A stretch of 64,000 nucleotides of DNA from Perkinsus olseni (Eukaryota): positions 186,001-250,000 of the forward strand of contig JABANN010000001.1 of the NCBI GenBank assembly GCA_013115125.1. The letters are read 5' to 3'. The position numbers and the translations under genes are program-made. Positions 27,806-36,583 of the stretch are shown here, piece by piece. The notes beneath the pieces are model-generated. The model was given only the letters and a program-made list of their open reading frames with translations. It ran no database searches and had not been told where the DNA came from. Numbering within the stretch: the stretch's first letter is position 1; each line of letters opens with the position of its first letter.

Positions 27806-28255
27806 TCGTGAAGATCAAGTCGGATGACAACCCGACGGTTGTGATGTCATTTTTCCCCGTTACCTGAGCCACGGGAGTACCATAATTTCCGTCAAGCTCT
27901 GGAAGATATGAATCGTTACCCGTCGTCCTTTTTCTGACTATCGCCTGTCAGGTGTCCGCACTTTGGGCTCATGGCTTCTCGTCTACTTCATATGGTTGTT
28001 GAACGTGTCATCATCATCAGTAGGCATTCTTGAATCGTGGTGGTTGTGGTATGTTATTGAGATCGCCGCCGGCTCCATTAGTAAGAGCGCCTATCTGAGC
28101 GTCGTGTCACATTTGAATATATAACTTGAGCGACTGGCTGGATTCTCAACCATTCCGCTCCGACTTATTTTGCTGACGCAGTACTCTCATTCGTTAGTAT
28201 CGGAGTATTCATTTTTTCGTCCTCTTCGGACTTTGATGGCGACTAGTGTAGTGCC

Positions 28256-31200
28256 ATGACGGCGCCTGTTGATGCGATGGTTGCAAGATTACAACTTCCA
28301 AGCGGAGGGGCACCCAGTTCGCCCAGTGAGGGTATTAAACTGCCCCTCTATAGCTCTGATGTCTTCTCTGACTACCGACGTCAATCCCATTTTCGGTTGA
28401 CAGCAATAGATGGGTCATGTTCTGGTGTGTACTTTGTCCCACTACTTATTGTGCCATCGTCGAGTATTCTCGTAATCAAAGGTTTCGAGAATATCGCCTT
28501 TTACGATAACGGTGAAAAATATTGTTCTGAACCTCCTTGACTAGATGAGTAAGGACGGTACTCCCAGATTCAGACGGGTGTACCTGTTTACATTCGAAGT
28601 TTTCACTTCACCTTGTCGTGGTCGCGTTCAAAATAGTTAATACAGGAGGGCACCGCTTTGGGAGAACAAGATCGCCACTGGTTGAGGTTCGACTTTCTAA
28701 TTGTGACCTCATGGGTACCGAACCCTCGGCGACTGCAGACTGAAGTCCATCTCTATTCTCGTCCGCTTTGTCATTATGTCGAGCACATGAGGTCACATGA
28801 ATGAAGACATCGGTGGCGTCATCACAATCAGCAGGAATCCATCGTCGCCTGCAGAAGGCCCACACTGAATACCTGTCAACGAAACTTCCATCATTGAAGG
28901 ATATCGAGCAACTTACGCGGACGAATTCGCAAGTGTTTTGCCTCAGCAAGGAGGACACGAACGCACGCGCATGAATGAATGAAAGAATGGGCGATGGAAT
29001 ATTGAGCAGCCGAAAGAATGGAAAGTGAGGGCCGCTCTGAAACAACCGTAGCCATACACCGTGAGTTAGGATGGGGCTAACCGTCTCTGCGCGTCTCGCC
29101 AGATCGCGACTTGCCCTGTCCGTACTCCGCTGCTCGTCAGTCCCCCTCCGTTGAGCGGCCATGCGTCTCTGTGGTCTCGGGCATCGAGCCGAGGGTGTGC
29201 CTCAACGGGCTTGTTGTGCGATGCATCGCAAGATGCGCAAAGATACTCGTATCTTGAAACGGCTGTCTGCATGAAACGGCTGTAGCTGAGGTTCGATTGA
29301 GAGCCAAAAACTATAAGACTTTCGATCCCCCTTGACCTCTGATCTGTGTTGATATATGACTAATCCTTCTAAAGCGGACGACCCCGATGACTCCGCGCAT
29401 TCTACCGGGATCAAAACTAGGCACTCACCACGCCTAGGTCCTGAAGGCTCTCTACAACCTTTGCTGGTTGAAGCGACGACCCACATCATCGAGACCAACA
29501 GAAAAGCCAACAAGGAGATGTTCCAAGCCCTAACCAACCAGCTCGCTGAGACCAACAAGATGCTGTCGAATCAAATGGCTGCTCTCTGCAACGCAATGTC
29601 CGAGACGGTGCACAGTATGAAGACATCCTCAACACCCAGCCCGCAGAGTTTCCCTACCGATGACACTGCGAAGCCCTGTCGAAAGAGTGGTAAGGCTGTC
29701 AGCATCAGCAATGACGAGGCAGCTACCAAAGCCAAGAAGACGGTCGACAAAGCGGATTTATCCTTCCTTGGATCGCATAGCAACGGGGTAACCAACTACT
29801 GGACCGGCGACAGTGACGACAGATCGGTAACAAGGCTGAAGACCCTCCTAGAAGCACAGCATCTATACCGGTTCGGCGACTGGGCAGTTAAGTATTTGCT
29901 GTGTCTCCGAGTACTAGCCCCGTCCATCCGAGAGGTGGCAGCTATGACAGTGGAGCACAGCAATGTGTACAGCACATTCGAGGATCTGCACGATGCTCTC
30001 CGGGTCTACCTGATTAAGGAGTACTCTTCTTCTCATGACGATGAGACCTCTAGAGGAAAGCTCCAAGCCTTGAAGATGAACACTGTGAAGAACGACGCCG
30101 AAGTTGTAACGGCATATGATCGCTATCTTCAACGCTTCGGGTTGATCCGTATCGAGTTCTTGCACGAGCATGTGGAAGACTGTGAGAGCTCTCGCCTAAG
30201 GAACTCAGAGGAACTAGCTCATTATTTCTACCATGGGCTCTCCGACCGTGTCAAGCACAAGCTAATATCGGAGATCAAGGACGCCGCCATCTACAAGGAC
30301 CTAGACCGGTTGAAGGACATCTCAAGGCACGTGTGTCGAGTTCTATCGAAGAAGGCCAAGACCAAGTCACCATCTGCTTCCGCGCTTGACTTTCAAGAGG
30401 AAATCGTCGACATCTGCCGTCCCTTCTACAACCGGTCACTCCGACAAGCTGAAGCCAACAACGTCGAGGCTACTATCACCAATGACCACATAAAGACCTT
30501 CAAGTGTCAGCGATGCCTCTCCAATGATCACTCTACTGTGCTCTGCCCTGCCTCGGACGTGAGTCTTCCTACTTGTCGCTGCAGAACGTGCGGTATGGTT
30601 AACCATCCGGAAGCGTCTGCACCATGTCCCTCCCTGATGAAAGGACCTATCAGTGATAGGCTATCACGTGCATGCGGTGTTCCGGCCAAGGCCATTTTGC
30701 TCGGGCTTGTCAGGCCAAGGAGCTGAGACCGATGCCTGTGGAGCAGAGGAAGCTGATCTTCGACAGAGTTAAGGCGAAGAGAACACCGACAACAACGACG
30801 GTGAAAGACTCCCAGGTGAATCTAGTTGCGCTATCGACTAGCAAAACCCGATCGGACTCTAGCTTGACCAACATCGACATCTACCTGAACACGGACAACA
30901 AGCTCCGCTACAAGCAGTCTGCTCTGGTCGATTCCGGTGCTTCTCACTGCTTCATCCATCCCGACCTGATTCACCAATGGAACAGGGCTGGGGTCGAGAT
31001 GAAGGTCCTCCCGGCAGGACACGCGGCGACCAGTAGCGACGGCTCGAAGGACCCTATACCCATCGACACGGCCGTGGTGCTTCCGGTGACCTTCTCCACT
31101 ACCGAGTGTGCCACTATCACCATCAAGTGCTACGTCTACCCCGACCTTAGCCACCAAATGTTGTTGTCTAGTTCTGTGCTGCGAGAAGCTGGTTGCCTGT

Positions 31201-32978
31201 GGTTCATGCTCCCAGGATATGCCGATTGTATGCTCCTCGGAGAGTCGGCACAAGAGCTCCGAGACATCCTCGATACCCTCGGCATCCAGCCTCGCCCACT
31301 AGAACGATCATCCTCCCTGGCCCCCGACCATCTCAGCCTCAACTGCCTCAACCTTCAAGCCTTATGCTACGACGGCCTGGACACCAACTGGGAATCTACC
31401 CATCGCCTGATGTCTTGTACCTTGCAGCTTGGGACTGGTAACGGTGGGCCGGAAAGCTCCGACCTTTACGCCGATGAACAAGAAGCACTCCGTCGGTGCG
31501 AGGAACTCGCCATTGCTCAGTCTCCTATGTCAGTACCGCCGACCGAGGCATTCGTCGCTGACTTCGAGAGTACGGAAGATCTCGCATCTCGGTGCAGCAG
31601 CTGACGGTCCCGAGGTTTTCCCCATGGCTAAGAGGGTGGTACGAAAGGATTCACCGAGAATTGGTGCAGGCCTTGAGGGCGGCCATCAACAGTGACCAAA
31701 CTCAACACCAAGCATGGACCGACACCGTCCAGGACTGTACCCGAGCTCTCAATGTGACTCCCTACTCCGACGTATCACCCCTTGCACCCTGGCACTTAGT
31801 CAAAGGATACCCATCTCGTCATGACGTCACCAGTCACGCTCACACCACCGACTACAAGTCCAAGATGAACCTGCAGTCCCCAAGGTGGTATCAAGACCTT
31901 CAAGACCTTTCTGAAGAACTTCGAGAGCAGCGACAGGTGACTCTGAAGGGCTATCTAGATTTCTGGAAGGACCGCCGTGACGATATGTACCACCGAGCCA
32001 TACTCGACCGTGGTTCCGACCATCGAAACGATCTGGGTGACGGCTGCATGGTCTACCGTTGGGCCCCCCGCGAGGACAAGCTGGCCTACCAGTGGATGGG
32101 ACCTTTTATTTTTCAAGGGTTTCATGGCGATGGTAAGTCTATGGGCGTCATTCAGGACCCTACATCAGGTGCCACCACCATCGAGTCGATGCTCAACCTC
32201 AAGAAGTCCTACGCGGATCCCACTATCTCATGCGCAGTCAACTATGGCCTTCCCCCTCTCCCGGTCGGTACCCGGATCTCAATGCCCTTCGCCACTAATG
32301 GTAAAGACCAAGATTATGGAGGAGTGATTGAGAAGGTTAACCCCAATGGCCTTTTGACGATATTGTTCGATGATGGAGAACGATACGACGACATTGACCC
32401 CAAGAAAGAGAAGGTCACGGCTATGAGCTGATTCACTATTCGTTCTTATGTATGGTTCTAACCGGTGATATATTTTTGCTAATTAGTTACACCATTGACC
32501 GTATATATGCATTCACCATTTTGGCCCCCTGGCAATGTGCGATGCATCGCAAGATGCGCAAAGATACTCGTATCTTGAAACGGCTGTCTGCATGAAACGG
32601 CTGTAGCTGAGGTTCGATTGAGAGCCAAAAACTATAAGACTTTCGATCCCCCTTGACCTCTGATCTGTGTTGATATATGACTAATCCTTCTAAAGCGGAC
32701 GACCCCGATGACTCCGCGCATTGTAGCTACATAGTTGTGCCAGCTTCCGCCAAAAGTGTGACGAAAGAAGTGAAATCACTCTACATTTCGAAGCGAATGT
32801 GACACAACGGTCGTTGATGATGCCCCCAGTGCATGGCACTGGTAGCGCAAGCCCAGTGCATGACGGACCGACATGGCACGGCCGTGAGCAGCGATGGGAG
32901 AAGCATTTGCATAATCATGGTCGTAACATGAACGCCCCCGCGTCCGGACTGTTCTCATTCGAGGAGTTCATGAACTAG
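28256..32978 (+). CDS. Hypothetical multi-exon host gene with the LTR element in its last intron
   Basis: ORF start MTAPVDAM at 28256 with further open segments up to ~29150. After the element, ttgtAG is followed by an 84-codon open frame at 32727-32978 (LHSCASFRQKC...FSFEEFMN-stop). Linking of the two parts is inferred. Confidence 0.35.
29215..29399 (+). repeat. 5' LTR
   Basis: tgtgcgatgcatcgca...actccgcgca, base-for-base identical to 32536-32720 by eye. TATA-like ctataag at 29311-29317. Confidence 0.95.
29356..30726 (+). CDS. gag: Retrotransposon Gag
   Basis: 456-aa intronless ORF with an N-terminal coiled coil, capsid-like YFYHGLSDRVKHKL, and knuckles CQRCLSNDHSTVLC (CX2CX4HX4C) and CRTCGMVNHPEASAPC. 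Confidence 0.85.
   Translation: MTNPSKADDPDDSAHSTGIKTRHSPRLGPEGSLQPLLVEATTHIIETNRKANKEMFQALTNQLAETNKMLSNQMAALCNAMSETVHSMKTSSTPSPQSFPTDDTAKPCRKSGKAVSISNDEAATKAKKTVDKADLSFLGSHSNGVTNYWTGDSDDRSVTRLKTLLEAQHLYRFGDWAVKYLLCLRVLAPSIREVAAMTVEHSNVYSTFEDLHDALRVYLIKEYSSSHDDETSRGKLQALKMNTVKNDAEVVTAYDRYLQRFGLIRIEFLHEHVEDCESSRLRNSEELAHYFYHGLSDRVKHKLISEIKDAAIYKDLDRLKDISRHVCRVLSKKAKTKSPSASALDFQEEIVDICRPFYNRSLRQAEANNVEATITNDHIKTFKCQRCLSNDHSTVLCPASDVSLPTCRCRTCGMVNHPEASAPCPSLMKGPISDRLSRACGVPAKAILLGLVRPRS
30660..31604 (+). CDS. pol: Third Zn knuckle plus retropepsin-type aspartic protease (pol 5' part, frameshifted from gag, truncated)
   Basis: CMRCSGQGHFARAC followed by ALVDSGASHCFI (DSG catalytic motif). The ORF stops before any RT motif. 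Confidence 0.85.
   Translation, partial: AITCMRCSGQGHFARACQAKELRPMPVEQRKLIFDRVKAKRTPTTTTVKDSQVNLVALSTSKTRSDSSLTNIDIYLNTDNKLRYKQSALVDSGASHCFIHPDLIHQWNRAGVEMKVLPAGHAATSSDGSKDPIPIDTAVVLPVTFSTTECATITIKCYVYPDLSHQMLLSSSVLREAGCLWFMLPGYADCMLLGESAQELRDILDTLGIQPRPLERSSSLAPDHLSLNCLNLQALCYDGLDTNWESTHRLMSCTLQLGTGNGGPESSDLYADEQEALRRCEELAIAQSPMSVPPTEAFVADFESTEDLASRCSS
31592..32431 (+). pseudogene. Integrase C-terminal fragment with GPY/F motif and terminal Tudor-like domain
   Basis: PRFSPWLRGWYERIHREL (region of the catalytic Glu), W...ALNVTPYS..LAPWHLVKGYPSR, and KLAYQWMGPF. The HHCC zinc finger and the first two catalytic Asp are absent. Confidence 0.8.
32536..32720 (+). repeat. 3' LTR
   Basis: Identical copy of 29215-29399, followed by the TSD ttgt. 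Confidence 0.95.
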
Positions 32979-33087
32979 AGAACACCACATCACAAGTACA
33001 TTAGAAACAGCACAATACAGCGGCAATAGATGCACACTACGAGATTAAGTTCAACTAATCGTATCGTATAGGGGATCGGGCCGACAA

Positions 33088-35269
33088 TCACAAGCATTCC
33101 CCCGCATCATCCAACTCGCGGTCCATAAGGGGATCCCAGAACCCTTCGGACTCGGGCACTTCACTTAGAGTTTTTACGGGTGCCAACGGTCCCGCCACTT
33201 GTTGGAGTGCCGTCAGAGACTTCCTCACACCCTCGAGGCCTGCGCGCTCCTTCACACGCTGAAGAATCCCTAGGCCAATATCAAACGCCTTGCTATCAGA
33301 ATGCAACGCCTCCCAGGAGAGAAACAGTGCAGAGTCGAATTCCGCAGGGCCTTCTGGGTGCCCGTAGTCAGTCGTGAGGAGGGCTGCATACAGCTTCTCT
33401 ATGAACTCGTAAGTTGCCTTGGTCTGAGCGGAGTGCTCATCGAGGTCTTGAAGGAAGGCTCGAAGTATCTCGTCAAGGAGCTCGAAAGGCAAGATACCTC
33501 TCCGTACCATTTCGGTGAGCAGGTCGACCTCTTTAGACTTCTTCTTATGGTGAGCCATGGCGCCCCATTGAAGCAGCAGTTCAGCCATATCACGGACACA
33601 GGATTCATCGCGCTCCGCCATCCCCTGAACTTGGGCTATGAATCTCTCAACGCTACCGTCTTCGTGATACATATCCCGGCACGAGCGAAACCCCTCTTCG
33701 GAAAATACGTCTACAAACTTGCTGCCACGACCCTGAGCTTTCTTCTTTTTCGCAGCTAAATGAACCTTATCACTTTGCCCGCCATTCAAAGCCTCCGAGC
33801 TGCCACATCGTAAGTTCCCTGCTTTCCGCCACTTGAACTCTCTCTGCTTCTCCAAATTGAGTATCAGGATTCGCAATCGGCACTCAGTGAGCGTTCCTTT
33901 CAGCTTCACCAGCCGTCCAAGCAAGCAAGTGCATAGAGCTCGGCTGCGGTCATCACGCGAGTCCAAGTGCCTCCCGGTGCTCTCCAACAGCGTTATGGCA
34001 CATTCAATCTCAAGAGGCGTTGGAGTTGCAGTGGGAATGAAAACCAGAGTCTCGGCAACTTTTTTCAGTGTTTCCAGAGTGAACAATCCCTTGCAGTAGA
34101 AGGAACCCAGAAGTCTCATACACTGGAGCGCCTCATTTCGGCGAAGCTCTCTGATTTCTCTCAGAAGATCTTCGCGCCCTGCGGGAAAAATGTCGAAAAG
34201 ACGCCGGAACTCGATGAGCGCTTCTGAGAACTCCAAGTGAATCTCGTGGACAAGCTGGTCTCGGAAAAGAACTCGCTCGAGGTTGAGTTCGCCGTCGGAC
34301 TTCACGACTTTCGCACGGAATTCGACAAGCAAGCCAGCGTATAACTCGGAGAATATCGGCTCTCTTATAGCACGCTGCACCGTCATATGCAGAAGTAAGT
34401 CAATACTCCACGGGCTCGTGAGCTGAGGGTCGAGCACTAGCTACGATGCAAGAATGAGAGGCACACACCTCTAGCTTGGCGAGCTCGTTGCTGAGCCGTT
34501 CGAAGTTGTTCTTGGTGACTTTGTTGAGAATCGCCCTTATTTTCTTTCTGAGTCGAAACACGTCTTCGGTGATTTTAATGGGGATGTTCCTCGGAGGCGG
34601 CGGAGGAAGCGGGTCCAGCGGTACCGTATCCGGCACGGTACCGCTCTGCCCGAACCTGAACTGACGTCCATAACACTTCGCAATAATTAACCTTGTTGTG
34701 GTACTGAAGCAGACTGCCCAAGATAGGAGAAAGTTCCTCTTCCATCATGCCCAGCAGAGTCCACCTGGACGGGTTCGCGTCGGCACGGGCATCGTGGGCC
34801 GGAGTGCTTCTTCCTTGCGGGGGCCGCAGAGGCGGCTTGCGGACATCATCAACAGGATCTCTGGGCATCGACAGCAGCTCCCTTCGCGCTACCAATGCAT
34901 TCTGAAGCAGCACGAACATGAAGATAAACATCATCGTCACGTAGACCGTCCGGCGGTGCTTGCATCATCTCATCGCCTGGAGCGAGTGATCTGCCCAACC
35001 TACCCTAGCCTTGCTGAAGAGCTCTTCCGCGTTTTCGTCGGTCAACCCGGACTTGCCGAGCCTATCAATCGACTCACAGAGCTCAAGGATCCTGCTCTCG
35101 AAGATCCTCGCTCGACACCACAGGTGATCGTACATCAGGGTCACCTGCGGTACGATATGAGGTACCCCGAGACAGCAGGATGCGTGCGCTCCGATGGCGA
35201 ATGAAGGAGACGTACATGCTCATAAGCGTCTTCAAATTCCTCGCAATGGTCGCAGCCTTCCTCATCCAT
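33088..35269 (-). CDS. eIF4G-like MIF4G-domain protein, multi-exon
   Basis: KKIRAILNKVTKNNFERLSNEL, RAIREPIFSELYAGL, MRLLGSFYCKGL, IECAITLLESTG and RLRILILNL..REFKW match the eIF4G HEAT-1/MIF4G pattern, followed by a helical region that may be MA3-like. Start tentatively MDEEG at 35269. Confidence 0.8.
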
Positions 35270-35939
35270 CTGGAGACCTTGTGGTGACAAAACTGGATGG
35301 AATCTTGCTCTCCTCTGTGAGGGCTGTATCTTGTAATCTTGCATTTCCTCAATGCCTCCCACCGATCGAGGAGACGCGTCCTCGAAGGTCTTCTCGCCCC
35401 AAGTCTTCGGAATGTTATGTTACCATTTAGAACCAGAATGATCTGTTTTATCGCCCTCTAGCTTTCCGCTCTTTTCTTCGGCAAGCAGCTACGGTAAGTT
35501 AACTCGCACTTTCAGCTGACGCTAGAGAACGGGTGCATTTCTTGTTTCGCGTGCCCCCCTTCTTTACTCTCTCCGACTAGCGGCCAGGGTACCGCAAACA
35601 GTGCTCCTAGAGCTGCCCTTGGTCGTAGCCGTATCCCTAGTCGTAGGTGGCGTGCATCGAGAAGCTGGAACTGCCATTGCCAAGCTGGTCCCATTGAGGT
35701 CCTTGACGCTTCCAAGTGTGTCGTGTCCCTAGGCTGAGCTCCTCGGCGCTCCCAAATCAACTAAGACCGGTCTCTGGGGCGTATAGAGCTGCGACTGGGC
35801 CGTGAGCGTTCAGTGGTTTATCTATGCTGTTGTTTCTGTCAGTTGTATTTCTTCTTTTCACACTCATTGTGAAGAAGCGTTTATCGTAGCCGGCAGGCTC
35901 CATTACTAAACCATCAGCAACATCAACTCCGCAAGTATA

Positions 35940-36583
35940 ATGATACTTACTCAACAAGAACAACATCATCGTTACGACTCCTATGTCGCCCTGAGCCCCA
36001 GCAGCGACATGAGCGAACCCTCGTATGGGGATCGTCATTTTCTGCAGAATGGTGCGAAAGAAGAGGATCCGAGCAAAGTTCTGCTGGACGTAAGTTTAGC
36101 ATTCGACAACGTGAGTTGGGAGGGCATGTTTCGTTTTCAGCTACTACATTCTGATCGCGGTAAAGCGAGCCCGAAGGCTGCCAGTGAGAGTGCGAGAACG
36201 GAGAGCACTATGAGTACATCGTCCGAGTCTGAGTAAGTTGAAGCATGCTAGGGAGCACCCCTCATGTCATAGAAGGGGAATGAAGTCTGGCGCTCAGGTA
36301 CTCTGACGATCTTGATCGTTATTTGGAAGAACAGAAGCACATGCTTGAACTGGGGCTACGACGAGCCCTCCTTGAAGAGCACGGAGATGCAGTGGATCGT
36401 CAGGTTTTGGACCAGGCGTGCCACGAGCTAGTTGACAGAACGTTTCGGGAGGTCGAGACCGCGCGGGCGGGTAAAATAGACCCTCAAACGAAACGGTATA
36501 TGAAGAGACCAGAAGACTCGAGTAAGCACTGTTGTTTGCGTCTTTACGTTTTGGCCACTGTCATTGACGTTTCAGGTTATTAG
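35940..36583 (+). CDS. Uncharacterised family member 2
   Basis: Four exons splice in frame. Domain exon SDDLDRYLEEQKHML...QACHELVDRTFREVETARAGKIDPQTKRYMKRPED. Confidence 0.7.

Larger units (their letters stand above)
29215..32720 (+). mobile_element. Ty3/gypsy-like LTR retrotransposon, internally deleted (no RT/RNase H), 3506 bp
   Basis: Two identical 185-bp TG...CA direct repeats with flanking TTGT duplicated (29211-29214 and 32721-32724). Internal gag with CCHC knuckles, an aspartic protease, and the integrase C-terminal part with a GPF motif. Confidence 0.95.

Noticed and set aside
29045-29055. ACCGTAGCCAT, matching the 5' half of the dinoflagellate/Perkinsus spliced leader; also CCATTTTGGC at 32516-32525
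   Set aside because: Only 10-11 nt matches, with no GGCTCAAG 3' end and not positioned before a start codon. Compatible with chance in 64 kb.
30655-30662. GAT-AGG-C as a Ty1-like +1 site or a Perkinsus-mitochondrial AGG frameshift site
   Set aside because: Those mechanisms shift +1 at AGG, whereas the protease frame here needs -1. The +1 frame closes shortly after.
35141-35362. EGCDHCE, reminiscent of the Spt4 zinc finger
   Set aside because: No upstream CxxC or other Spt4 motifs. The segment splices more plausibly into the eIF4G-like gene.
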